From: an uncultured Acidobacteriota bacterium
GTDB taxonomy: Bacteria > Acidobacteriota > UBA6911
NCBI GenBank assembly: GCA_963843575.1
Contig: CAWJKZ010000024.1
Span: 1 to 64,000, forward strand
Direction of reading: 5' to 3'
Length of the DNA stretch: 64,000 nt
Position numbers and translations under genes: made by a program. Below the pieces are notes generated by a model. The model was not told the DNA's origin, made no database searches, and saw only the letters and a list, made by a program, of their open reading frames with translations. Below, in pieces: positions 1 through 11,106 of this stretch (position 1 is its first letter; every line of letters begins with the position of its first letter).

Positions 1-997
1 CCGTCATTCTATGGTCGGATTTACGGTGCGCGAGGAAGAGGATGACTGGACCGACGAGAAGGTCTGGATCAAGGCCAACCCTTCGTCTGATTCAGAACGG
101 CGGCTTCCTGCCAATCGAGAAGATCCGGGAGAAGTTCAAGGCGGCGCAGTCGGATCCCGAGGCCGAGTTCAGCTTCCGCAGATACTACCTGAACATGTGG
201 GGCCAGAAGGAACGACCGGGCCATCGACATGGCCCAGTGGGATGCCTGCGGCCGGCGCCCCAATGACGGGAAGGTGCAGTTTCTCCCCTGGAAGGCGACA
301 GGCCTGCTTCCGAAGGGCCCCGAGGATAAGGTCAGGCCGATCGCGGCGGCGACGCTTCAGCATTTCGCAAAGCGAAAATGCTGGGCTGGTCTCGACCTCT
401 CGATGACTACCGACATGTCGGCGCTGGTCTTCGTCTTCCCGTGTCCGGATGGCGGATATGAGTGGCTTCCCTTCATTTGGCTTGCCCGAGAGGGACATAA
501 AGAAGCGGCAGCTGAAGGATGGGGTGCCCTACCAGCTCTGGGCCCAGCAGGGGTTTCTGGAGCTCTGCGATTCATACGGCGGCGCCTTTATCGACCAGGC
601 GGAGATCGAGGCCAGGATAAACTGGGGAAAAGACAACTTCGACCTCAGGGAAGTCTGCTACGACCCGTGGAACGCTCACGCCCTGGCCGGCCGCCTGATC
701 GACATCGGGATCGAATGCGTCGAGATCCGGCAGGGATACGCGACCCTCTCCGCTCCGAGCAAAAAGGTCCTCGAGCTCGTCACGGCCGGGAAGCTTTATC
801 ACGGCGGTCATCCGGTGCTGAAATGGCACGCCTCATGTCTCACGAAGAAGGAAACGAACGATAACCTGATGTTCGTAAAACCGGAGCGCGGGAAGAACAA
901 CAACCGGATCGATGGCATCACCGGCGGCGTCAACGCAATGCGCCGGGCGATGCTCGAAGAGCAGGAGAAGCAGTATCAGGTGATCTTCGTCGGTTGA
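1..997 (+). CDS. terL: Phage terminase large subunit, C-terminal part (5' truncated, split by indels)
   Basis: WIKANPS, CWAGLDLSMTTDMSA, EVCYDPWNA, VEIRQGY..LS.PSK, HGGHPVLKW and RIDG motifs of lambdoid Terminase_1 nuclease domains, spread over several frames. Confidence 0.9.
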
Positions 998-1026
998 TGA
1001 CTTTCTGAAGTTTTGAAGCGGATTCC

Positions 1027-1057
1027 AAAAGCCTCGGCTCAGCCCGGGGCTTTTTCA
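1027..1057 (+). terminator. Intrinsic terminator-like hairpin before the protease gene
   Basis: aaaagcctcgg-ctcagc-ccggggctttttc: GC stem followed by a T run. Confidence 0.6.
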
Positions 1058-1070
1058 TTTGGAGGCAACG

Positions 1071-1634
1071 ATGGCGGCAGACAAAGTCACTCGGTTGTAT
1101 TCGGTACTGAACGTGAAGTCGGTGGACGAGGCGCAGCGAACCATTGAGGGTATCGCATCGACTCCGGCGCCGGACCGGTATAACGACATTGTCGAGCCAG
1201 CCGGCATCGAATTCAAACTCCCACTTCCCTTTCTGTATCAGCACAAGCATAGCGAGCCTATCGGATCTGTGGTCGACGCGCGGATTACCAGCGACGGCAT
1301 GGCCATAAAGGCCAAGGTCGCGTCGGCCGGGATTCATGCCGACATCGACCGTGCCTGGGCATACATCAAAGCCGGGCTCGTGCGCGGCCTCTCCATAGGA
1401 TTTCGCAGCCTCGAAGACGCTTACGATCGCGAAACCGGTGGCTACCACTTTCTCCGGACCGAGCTGATGGAAATCAGCGCGGTAACCATTCCGGCGAATG
1501 CGGAAGCCACCATCACAGCCGTCAAGTCCTACGACTCCGACGCGGCCGCGCTAGGCCACGAGCGTCGCGGGCCCGTCAGGCTCGATACCCCATCCAATCC
1601 ACCCGGCGTTTCGGGAACCAAGCAAACAGCGTGA
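1071..1634 (+). CDS. HK97-family prohead protease
   Basis: GIASTP..DRYNDIVEP, LYQHKHSEPIG, GLSIGF and MEISAVTIPAN motifs; GGAGG RBS before ATG 1071. Confidence 0.92.
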   Translation: MAADKVTRLYSVLNVKSVDEAQRTIEGIASTPAPDRYNDIVEPAGIEFKLPLPFLYQHKHSEPIGSVVDARITSDGMAIKAKVASAGIHADIDRAWAYIKAGLVRGLSIGFRSLEDAYDRETGGYHFLRTELMEISAVTIPANAEATITAVKSYDSDAAALGHERRGPVRLDTPSNPPGVSGTKQTA

Positions 1635-1645
1635 GGAAAAACGCA

Positions 1646-3014
1646 ATGGCAAAGACCATTCAGGAACAGATTGCAGCGATTTGAGGCGAAGCGGGCAGGC
1701 CCGGTGTCGCCCGAAGACCGAGATCATGGACAAGGCATTCGGATGAGGGCCGCACCCTCGACGCAACCGAGACCCAGGAGTGGGACGGTCTCGAGGTCGA
1801 CGTCAAGACCATCGACGAGCATCTGGTTCGCCTGCGGGCCCACGAGAAGCAGATGGTCACCAAGGCCACCCCGATTACGCGAGAAGACGGCGGGAACGCC
1901 GGACACCGGCAGCGCGGCGCGCGGCGGCATTGTCACCGTCAAAGGGCCGAACCTGCCGCGTCGGCACGGCCTTCACCCGGTACGCGATTGCCCTGGCGCG
2001 CGCACGCGGCAACATCGTGCTCGCGGCCGAAATCGCGAGGGCGTGGAAGGACTCCACCCCCGAGGTCGAACGGGTCCTCAAGGCAGCGGTCGCAGCCGGG
2101 ACCACGACAGGCGACGGCTGGGCCTCGGAGCTCGCCGATTACACTGTCATGGCGAGCGAGTTCATCGACTACCTGCGCCCGATGACCATCATCGGCCGGA
2201 TCCCGGGCCTGCGCAGGGTGCCGTTTGACATCAAGCTGCCTCTCCAGGACGCCGGCTCGACCGTGGGCTGGGTCGGAGAGGGAGCGCGCAAGCCGGTTTC
2301 GAACCTCCACTTCGACACGACCGAGCTGGGCCATGCCAAGGCAGCCGGAATCGTCGTGCTCACCGACGAGCTCGTGCGCGTCAGCAACCCGTCGGCCGAG
2401 GCGCTGGTCCGCGCAGACCTGGCGGCCGCAATCGTCCAGTTCCTGGACGAGCAGTTCATCAGCCCGCTCGTCGCTGCCAACGGGACCGTCTCGCCGGCAT
2501 CCATCACTTACGGCGCCGGGAACGGTGCCGCATCGGGAACGGATGCCGAGGCATTCCGTTCGGACTTCAAGGACGCGTTGACGGTGCTCCTCACCGCCAA
2601 CATCGATCCGACCGGGTTGGTGTCCGTCATGCAGCCGACCCTGGCGGTCGCCCTGTCCCTGATGAGGAATGCTCTCGGCCAGAAGGAATTCCCCGACATC
2701 ACCGCGGGTGGCGGCCGCCTCGAAGGCTACGACGTGGTCACGAGCATGAGCGTCCCGAGCGGCGACCTGGTCTTCCTGAAGCCGTCCGAGGTCTTCCTGG
2801 CGGACGACGGCGGGATCACCCTCGACGCCAGCCGCGAGGCCTCCCTGGTCATGGACGACGGCGGATCGCCGAACGTGACGACCATGGTCAGCATGTGGCA
2901 GAACAACTCGTGGCCCTGCGCTGCGAGCGGATCATCAACTGGAAGCGCCGGCGTGACGCGGCGGTCTACTACCTGACCGCCTGCGACTATGGCGGCTCCC
3001 AGTCCACCACCTAG
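1646..3014 (+). CDS. HK97-family major capsid protein (split by indels)
   Basis: Coiled-coil N-terminus, then KAAVAAGTT, EFIDYLRPMTIIGRIPGLRRVPF, WVGEG, IVVLTDEL, LDASREASL..DD, SMWQNN. Confidence 0.9.
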
Positions 3015-3040
3015 CGCCGCCCAGGCTTTCCCAGACAACC

Positions 3041-3072
3041 GAGCTCTCCCGGCTGACCGGTCGGGAGAGCTC
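3041..3072 (+). terminator. Strong hairpin after the capsid gene (no U tract)
   Basis: Perfect 11-bp stem gagctctcccg / cgggagagctc. Confidence 0.45.
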
Positions 3073-3095
3073 CCCCGAAACGAGAGAGGCTTTCC

Positions 3096-3405
3096 ATGAC
3101 CCGCGTGATCGCACTCAAGGACCACAAATACGCACAGAAGGGGGAAGCGCACTACGAGGCGGGCGAGAACACCTACTGGCGCGAGCCAGATGGACGTGCG
3201 CCTTCTTGAACCGGCACGCGTGACCAGAAAACAGGCGGCAGCGGTCGTCGCGGACCGCTCCGCCCCCATCCTGAGGCCCGCGCCCGAACCAACAGAGCCG
3301 GAACCAGTGATCGCGGATGCCTGCGTCGAAGACCGGTTCCCCGTGGTCGAATCGACGAAGCCCAGGCGGCGCTATCGGCGGCGTGACATGAAGGCGGAAG
3401 ACTAA
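3096..3405 (+). CDS. Small phage head-region protein (indel-split)
   Basis: ATG 3096 with RBS; basic C-terminus RRRYRRRDMKAED abutting the portal start. Confidence 0.55.
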
Positions 3406-4762
3406 ATGCGCAAAACCGTGCTCGGCAGGTTATTCGCCAAGGCCCTGAGTCTCATGCGGGTCAGCGGCACGGCCGCTTCCCGCTGGGCATGGAGTTGGAT
3501 CTCGGAGCCGTATACCGGGGCATGGCAGAAAAACGTCGTCGAACTCGACACCCAGGAGACCCTTCTCCGGAACTCCGCGGTCTATGGTTGCGTCACGGGT
3601 ATCGCCGATGATGTGGCAAAGCTCCGGATAAAGCTGACGACGAACAAGGACGGAATCTGGACGGAAATTACTTCGGGCTCGCCCTGGCTGCCGGTCCTGC
3701 GAAAGCCCAATCACTACCAGAACCGGATCAAGTTCATCGAGTCGTGGGTCCTCAGCAAGCTCCTGGCCGGCAATACCTACGCGCTCAAGAAGCGCGACGA
3801 CCGAAATGTTGTAAACGCGCTCTACGTGCTCGATCCGAAGCGCGTCTATCCACTTGTGGCCGAGGATGGCGGAGTCTACTACGATCTGCAGCAGGATTTC
3901 ATTTCCCAGCTTCCGGAACACGTCATCGTGCCGTCGCGGGAAATCATTCACGACATGATGCCGTGCTTCACCCATCCCCTGATCGGGACGCCTCCGTTGT
4001 ACGCCTGCACCTACTCCGCCACCTTGGCCAACCGGATCCAGGAGCACAGCACGGTCTTCTTCGACAACCGGTCGCTTCCCGGCGGCATCCTCACGGCACC
4101 CGGAAAGATCAACGACGAAACGGCGATCCGGATCAAGAAGGATTTCGAGAAGAACTTCTCGGGCGAAAAGGTCGGGCGGCTGGCAGTCTTGGGCGACGGG
4201 CTGAAATTCGAGCCCATGCAGGCCACGGCCGAGGCGAGCCAGCTTGCAGAGCAATTGAAGCTCACCGTCGACGATATTGCCCGCGCCTTCCATTACCCGA
4301 TCTTCAAGCTGGGCGGCGCCCTGCCGCCCGTACGCGGGCAATGTCGAAGCTCTGATCATCTCGTACTACACGGATTGCCTGCAGATCCTTATCGAGTCGC
4401 TCGAGCTGTGCCTGGATGAAGGTCTTGCGCTGCCGGGCGATTACGGCACGGAATTCGACCTCGACAACCTGATGCGAATGGATACCGCAGGCCTGTACAA
4501 GTCCAACAGCGATGCTGTAGGCGGCGGCTGGATGGCTCCTGACGAAGCGCGTTTCCGCGCCAACATGGGTAAGACACCGGGCGGTGCCGCGCCATACCTC
4601 CAGCAGCAGAACTACAGCCTGGCGGCTCTCGCCAAACGTGATGCGCAGGAAGACCCTTTTGCCAAATCTCAGGCCCCGGCCGCAACTCCGCCGACGCCGT
4701 TGTCGGAGGATGAGCTCGAGCTGCTCTATGGCGCGGAGCTGCGAAAGGACTTTGCGGCATGA
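3406..4762 (+). CDS. Phage portal protein (frameshift near 4330)
   Basis: EPYTGAWQKN, VLRKPNHYQNRI.F, KLLAGNTY, PGGILTAPG, QLAEQLK, Y.DCLQ..IESLELCLDEGL, YLQQQNYSLAAL. Confidence 0.92.
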
Positions 4763-7114
4763 TGGACGCAACCGAAAGATCGGCGTTATTCAAAGCCCTC
4801 ACGACAGCCGTGAAGGAGTACGTCTCCGGCATCGTACGCGGACTATCCGAACGTTTCGATCGAGTTGAGAGGCGACTCGATACGATTTCCGTGCTTAAGA
4901 CCGAGCGCGGTGAGAAGGGTGAGAAGGGAGACCCCGGGCCCTCCTGGCGAGTCGATTGTCGGACCCAAGGGCGAAAAGGGCGATCCTGGGGAGTCAATTC
5001 TCGGACCGGCTGGCCCAGCAGGGGAATCCATTGTCGGTCCCAAAGGGGAGAAAGGTGACTCGGGGGTATCGATAGTCGGTCCTCGCGGAGAAAAAGGCGA
5101 TTCCATTATCGGCCCCGCAGGTCCCAAAGGGGATCCAGGAGAATCGATTGTCGGTCCTCGCGGTGAGAAGGGCGAATCAATTGTTGGACCGCCGGGTCCC
5201 AAAGGGGAGAAGGGGGATCCAGGCGAGTCAATTCTCGGCCCGGCGGGCCCCAAAGGAGACCCCGGCGAGTCTATCGTTGGACCTCGGGCCCCAAGGGTGA
5301 GAAGGGTGACCCGGGAGAATCCATTGTCGGCCCTCCAGGCCCGAAGGGGGAAAAAGGGGACCCCGCAGAATCCGTTGTCGGACCTCAGGGCCTGCCCGGG
5401 GAGTCAGTAGTCGGACCCCGTGGGGAAAAAGGAGATTCCATCGTCGGGCCCGCAGGCCCGAAAGGTGACCCGGGCGAGTCGATCGTTGGACCTCAGGGCC
5501 CCAAGGGTGAGAAAGGTGACCCCGGGGAATCCATTGTCGGACCTCAGGGCCCGAAGGGGGAGTCCATAGTCGGACCCAAAGGAGATTCCATCGTCGGGCC
5601 TGCAGGCCCCAAAGGTGACCCAGGCGAGTCTATCGTCGGACCTCAGGGCCCAAAGGGTGAGAAAGGTGACCCGGGGGAATCCATTGTCGGACCTCAGGGC
5701 CCGCCTGGGGAGTCGATAGTCGGACCCCGTGGGGAAAAAGGAGATTCCATCGTCGGGCCCGCAGGCCCGAAAGGTGACCTCGGCGAGTCGATCGTTGGAC
5801 CTCAGGGCCCCAAGGGTGAGAAAGGGGACCCTGGAGAATCCATTGTTGGGCCTCAAGGCCCGCCTGGGGAGTCCATAGTCGGACCCAAAGGAGATTCCAT
5901 CGTCGGGCCCGCGGGCCCAAAAGGTGATCCAGGCGAGTCGATCGTCGGACCTCAGGGCCCCAAGGGTGAGAAAGGGGACCCCGGAGAATCCATCGTCGGG
6001 CCTCAGGGCCCGCCCGGGGAGTCAGTAGTCGGACCCCGTGGGGAAAAAGGAGATTCCATCGTCGGGCCCGCAGGCCCGAAAGGTGATCCGGGCGAATCTA
6101 TCGTTGGACCTCAGGGCCCTAAGGGTGAGAAAGGAGACCCAGGTGAATCTATCGTCGGACCCGCAGGGCCAAAGGGGGAGAAAGGGTGACCCTGGAGAAT
6201 CCATTGTTGGGCCTCAGGGCCCGCCTGGGGAGTCGATAGTCGGACCCGGGGAAAGGAGATTCCATCGTCGGGCCTGCGGGCCCAAAAGGTGATCCGGCGA
6301 GTCTATCGTCGGACCTCAGGGCCCCAAGGGTGAGAAAGGAGACCCGGGTGAATCTATCGTCGGACCCGCAGGGCCAAAGGGCGATCCCGGGGAGTCCGTC
6401 GTCGGACCTCAGGGTCCTCCTGGGGAATCTATCGTCGGACCCCGCGGAGAAAAGGGGGATCCCGGAGAATCCATTGTCGGGCCTCAGGGCACGCCTGGGG
6501 AGTCGATAGCCGGCCCTTGCGGTGAGAAGGGCGAAAAGGGAGATCCGGGCGAATCGATAATCGGCCCGCAGGGGCCGCCTGGAGCTCCTGGACGTGATGC
6601 CCTGCAGGTTGATGTCCTGCCTGCGGTGGACCTGTCGCGCTCCTATCCACGCGGCACCTATGCCCGTCACGACGGCGGCATCATCCGTTCGTTCCGCGAC
6701 ACCATCCCCGGGGCCGAGCTGCGTACCGCCGGCTGGGAGGTGGCGATCGCCGGCGTCGCCGACCTTGGTGTCAGCCAGGGCGACGACCCACGCGAATTCA
6801 GCGTTCTCCTCCGTCTCACAGGCGGGGAGCTCCGAGCATTGCAGTTCCGCATCCCCTGCATGATCTACCGGGAAATCTACAAGCCCGACGCGAAATACCG
6901 CCAGGGCGACGTCGTGACCTGGGGCGGGTCCGCGTGGCATTGCCAAGTCGACGACCCGAAATCCAGCCCCGGCAAGAACGGGGAGTGGAAGCTCATGGTG
7001 AAGGAAGGGCAGCGCGGCAAGGACGGCAAGGACGGGCAACCTGGGCCTGAAGGCCCGCCCGGACGAGACGGCAAAGATCTCACCCAGCTGGCATTCGACG
7101 GCAAAAAACACTGA
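4759..7114 (+). CDS. Collagen-like virion protein with C-terminal globular, CBM5/12-like segment (indel-split)
   Basis: Short coiled-coil N-terminus, ~1.7 kb of Gly-X-Y repeats, C-terminus [37 protein letters not shown] typical of the gene following the portal in this head architecture. Confidence 0.85.
4909..6600 (+). repeat. Collagen-coding tandem repeats, about 40 G(E/D)S(I/V)xGP units, with a 309-bp higher-order period
   Basis: tcggaccccgtggggaaaaaggagattccatcgtcgggcccgcaggcccgaaaggtga recurs at 5411, 5720 and 6029. Confidence 0.9.
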
Positions 7115-7145
7115 TCAACTCAGCAGGTACTGGTGGAGCTAAAGT

Positions 7146-7609
7146 ATGCCAAGACTCGCAACGAAGCGAACTCCGAACTGGGGCACAGGCTCTGGAAGAC
7201 CCTGCAGCGCACCTTCCGATTGAGCTGGCGGAACATCGCCGAGGCTCGGGGCCGGCATCGATAGCGAATGCGCTGGCCCGCAAGCGGCTCGGCAGGGGAT
7301 ACGGCCGAGTATTTCGAGGCCGCAGCCGAAAAAGGGCGGCAAGATGCGCTGGAATCCGGCGGCGCTCGCAGCGCTGATGGGGTCCTTCGCGATGCGGCCC
7401 TTCCAGCGAAAGGTCGCCTGATGGGACGGATTATTCAACGGATTCGAAAAGACGCCATCAGGAAGTGGCAACTCGACTATGCGGTAGCAGAAGGCATAGG
7501 GCTGGATCCGCCGAAAGGACCGTGTCCAACTGTCCCCCCGGGGTCGCGGATCAAGCTTGCGAACCAGGACTACGTCGTGCAGCCCAACGGTTCGTGGAAA
7601 CGTGCATGA
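7146..7609 (+). CDS. Hypothetical phage protein (probably indel-split)
   Basis: GGAG RBS and ATG at 7146; ORF 7268-7609 overlaps the next start (ATGA). Confidence 0.4.
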
Positions 7610-8272
7610 CTGGGCCTCTTGTCTCCTGCGTCATGCCGACCTGGAACCGCAGGGAGTTTATCCCTGCCGCGATTCAATCATTCCTGGAGCAGTCGTGGAA
7701 GAAGAGAGAGCTCATCATCCTGGATGACGGCGATGACCGGGTTGGAGATCTAATTCCGAAGGATCCGCAGAATCCGGTATGTCTCGATGGCACGACGGAA
7801 GCCAACCGGGGAAAAGCGGAACATCGTCTGCGAGCTGGCCAGGGGCGATGTCATCTGCCACTTCGACGACGACGACTGGAGTGCACCGGATCGCCTCGAG
7901 GATCAGGTCAGCCGGCTGATGGCGACCGGCGCCCCAGTGACCGGCTACAGCAGGCTTCTCTTTTGGGATTCGATCGCGGGTGTCGCGCGCTGGTACCGCG
8001 CCCGAACTCCCGGGTACGTGGTCGGAACCTCTCTCTGCTACACGAAGGAGTTGTGGCGGATTCACCCGTTCAAGCAGCAGCAGGTAGCCAGCGATAACGA
8101 TTTCCTCCGGCTCATCTTGAAGCGCGTTGCCTGTTCCTCGGAATATCGCCATATCGTGGCCAGGATCCATGACTGCCACCACACGTCGCACAAGAACAAC
8201 ATCAAGGAAATCGCCCCGCGCGAACTGATTCCCTCGGCATTCTGGGCAAACGAGGCATTGAGGACGTCATGA
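7606..8272 (+). CDS. Glycosyltransferase family 2 (frameshift near 7775)
   Basis: LVSCVMPTWNRREFI..AI.SFL.Q, RELIILDDG, G.KRN..CELARGD.ICHFDDDDWS. Confidence 0.88.
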
Positions 8273-8829
8273 GAACAGTGCTTATCACGCCGGCCACCTG
8301 GCTCCCTTTCGAGGTAGAAGCGATCAAGGATCGGCCCGAGCTCCGCCTCTCCGGAATTACCGAGGATGACGTGACCGTCGCGGAGGCAATCCAGGCCGCG
8401 GTGGAGGCCTACCAGGAGTACACGCGCCGCATTCTCTGCAGGTCCACCTGGGATCTGTATCTCGACGAATTCCCGGAAGACGACGACGTGATCGAGACGC
8501 CGGCGCCGCTGGCCAGCGTGGAGTCGCTGAAATATGTCGACTCCTCCGGAACGACGATCACGCTTGCGTCGAGCGAATACTGCGTCGGCACCGCTGATCC
8601 GCTGGCCGGCCGGATCCAGAAGATCGGCAGCAGCACGGCATGGCCCCTGGCGCTGGAACGAATTGACTCCGTGATTGTCCGCTTCATTGCCGGCTATTCC
8701 TGTCCGAATGAGATCCCGCGGATGATCAAAGACGGGCTGCTCTTGAAGATCCAGGAAATCATGGACGGGGTCGACCGGTCGGCAGCCTACGAAGCCAAGT
8801 GGTTGCTGCGCAGAATCTTCATCGCCTGA
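8269..8829 (+). CDS. Head-tail connector/adaptor (HK97 gp6-like)
   Basis: I.AA....EYT.R.L...TWDLYLDEFP, PL.SV.S.KY.D..G, WP, V.VRF.AGY. Confidence 0.85.
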   Translation: MRTVLITPATWLPFEVEAIKDRPELRLSGITEDDVTVAEAIQAAVEAYQEYTRRILCRSTWDLYLDEFPEDDDVIETPAPLASVESLKYVDSSGTTITLASSEYCVGTADPLAGRIQKIGSSTAWPLALERIDSVIVRFIAGYSCPNEIPRMIKDGLLLKIQEIMDGVDRSAAYEAKWLLRRIFIA

Positions 8830-8841
8830 AGAGCATTAGCC

Positions 8842-9522
8842 ATGCACGCCAATCCTCTGGTTTCCTGCATTATGCCGACGTTTGACCGCCGGCCCTTCAT
8901 CCCGGCCTCGGTCGCATGCTGGCTGGCTCAGGACTATGAGAACCGCGAACTGATCGTTCTCGACGACGGTAAGGACAAAATAAAGGACAGGCTCCCGGAG
9001 GATCCCCGGATCTGGTATTACGAGATCTCGCCGAGGGAACTCACGGGAAGAAAGCTCAATCACTGCTGCGAGCTCGCGCGCGGTGAAATCATCTGCCGGT
9101 TTGATGATGACGATTGGTCGAGCAACGACAGGATCTCTGACCAGGTCCGGCGCCTTCAGGCCGGCGGCGCGCCCGTCACCGGCTACAGCCACATGTTCTT
9201 TTGGAACATGATCAGAGGGGTGGCCAGCCTCTATCGGCCGAAACGACCCGACTGGATCGCCGGCACGAGCTTCTGCTTCCTCAAGGAATTCTGGCAGACT
9301 CATCAATTCCACGAAATACACCAGGGTTCCGACAGCAAATTCATAGGCTCGCTGATGGGTTCGGGGCTCATTGATCCATCGAGCGATCCTTGTCACATGG
9401 TGGCCCGCAGCCACAACATGCATCCCACCTGGCCCCGGGGAATCGTTGGGGATCCCATCAACAGAGGACAGCTGCCACAGGAGTTCTGGCAGAACGAGAA
9501 ACTCGTGAGACTGCACGCATGA
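8842..9522 (+). CDS. Glycosyltransferase family 2 (paralogue of 7606-8272)
   Basis: LVSCIMPTFDRRPFI, RELIVLDDG, CELARGEIICRFDDDDWS, GAPVTGYS. Confidence 0.9.
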   Translation: MHANPLVSCIMPTFDRRPFIPASVACWLAQDYENRELIVLDDGKDKIKDRLPEDPRIWYYEISPRELTGRKLNHCCELARGEIICRFDDDDWSSNDRISDQVRRLQAGGAPVTGYSHMFFWNMIRGVASLYRPKRPDWIAGTSFCFLKEFWQTHQFHEIHQGSDSKFIGSLMGSGLIDPSSDPCHMVARSHNMHPTWPRGIVGDPINRGQLPQEFWQNEKLVRLHA

Positions 9523-10548
9523 AGCTGACTGTTGTCATCGTTCAAAGCTCGGAGTTACCGCTCGCTTATCTCGCGCAGAATTTTGGATCCCTGAAAGAAT
9601 GGAACGCTGACGGCCTTTCGGATACGCAATTCGTCGTTATCTCACAGATGAAGGATTCCGGCCCGCTGAAGGAGCTCTGCGAAAAAAGCGGTCTTGCGAT
9701 CGATGTCATCTGCCCCGTCCAGGACTTTGTGGCGGATTGCCCCGTCTGGGACGTGCTCGCGTCACTGAGGGAAGCGTGGCCGAGCTTCCATGGGGACTAT
9801 CTATCGATACAGCATCCGGAGTTTATCTGGGCTCCCGGCAGACTCCGCCGAACGATTGACTACCTCAGTGCAGCGAAAACAGTTTCTCGTGCTCGGCAAT
9901 CTCAGGCGGCCCGTCGAAAAGGGGAAGGTTTACAGCCGGCACGATAGGAAGGGGTCCGACACTCTGACTTCCGCCATGTCCGCGGGCCACTGGACCGAGG
10001 CAGCGCAGATAGCAGAAACCGTGAATACGGTGCATTGGATTTACTGGAATGGTGCGCCGAGTCCGAAAGAAAACGGGTGGCTCGAGGACGTCTTTTTCGC
10101 CGACCGAGGATGGCTCGAAGCCTGGAAGATGCCCACTCACGGCGGCCGGCAGCCGTTCCAGGATATTTATGACCTTGTGGGCCGCGCCGGCCAGACCATG
10201 AGCAGATTCCGGATGATGCCCGTCGTTTCCAGGATGCCATTGGAGACGAACCGGATGATTCATCTCTGGCATCCGCGGGTCTGGAGCACCTGGACCATAG
10301 AGATGCGGGATTACTTCCTGAAACGTCCCGAGTGGCGAGGCACCGAGTTCGCCAATGCCATCCTCTGGCGGGAACTCATCGAGCTGCGCAAGCGATCGGA
10401 CAAGGGTCGCTTCAGGGCGGTAGTCCAGTTGCGAATGGGAGCACGCGGCACCGTGACGCGATATGGAATGGAGTTGCGGGCCTGGCTCGCGCACGGGGGT
10501 ACGAACCAGCTCCGGGCTTTCTACGACTCGCGGAAGGGCCAAGCATGA
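9519..10548 (+). CDS. Hypothetical protein, possibly a divergent GT-A-fold enzyme (frameshift near 9875)
   Basis: Starts MKLTVVIV; GDYL.I.HPEFIW; WLED; MIHLWHPR resembling a GT C-terminal HxxH; translationally coupled to both neighbours. Confidence 0.5.
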
Positions 10549-11055
10549 AGACCGCCGAAATCGTCCGGAATTCGAATATCTGGGAACTGCGCTGGCCGTA
10601 CTCCGGAGTTCGTGGACGAACTCCTCGAGCCCCATTCCGGAGGGAAAGGTCCTCGAGATCGGTGCAAGGACGCCCAGGTCGTTCCCGGATCGGACGGACT
10701 CGACATCGTTCAGTGGGAATGGTCCGCTCACCAATCATCCAACGTTTCGTTCAGTGGGACATCAGGCAAGTGCCCTGGCCGAAGGCCGACAAAGCAGTAC
10801 GACCTCGTTCTGGCCCTCGAGGTCTGGGAGCATCTCTACGAGCGTGAGGTCGAGGCATTCCGAGAATTGAAACGGATTACGCGCCCGCGCAATTCTCAGC
10901 TGTCCCTATCTGTGGAAACAGTCGAAGCACCGGAATCATGTCGGGCTCACATACCGCAAATCCGACAATGGACTGACCATTGCCCGATGAGCTTTTGCGA
11001 GGTGGTCGTGCCCGCCGGAGTGGCCGGATCTGCGTCACATAGTTGCAATGTTTGA
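10545..11055 (+). CDS. Class I SAM-dependent methyltransferase (indel-split)
   Basis: KVLEIGA motif I and YDLVLALEVWEHL...AFRELKR. Confidence 0.7.
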
Positions 11056-11106
11056 ATTCCACTAAAAGCAGAGGAACCGGCGACAGCCGAAAGGGAGATA
11101 TTCACA

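Noticed and set aside
3041-3082. Hammerhead ribozyme (ctga...gaaac)
   Set aside because: CUGANGA core is not matched and the required stems do not form
4909-6600. CRISPR-like array
   Set aside because: Repeats are codon-phased collagen units with synonymous variation and no unique spacers or cas genes
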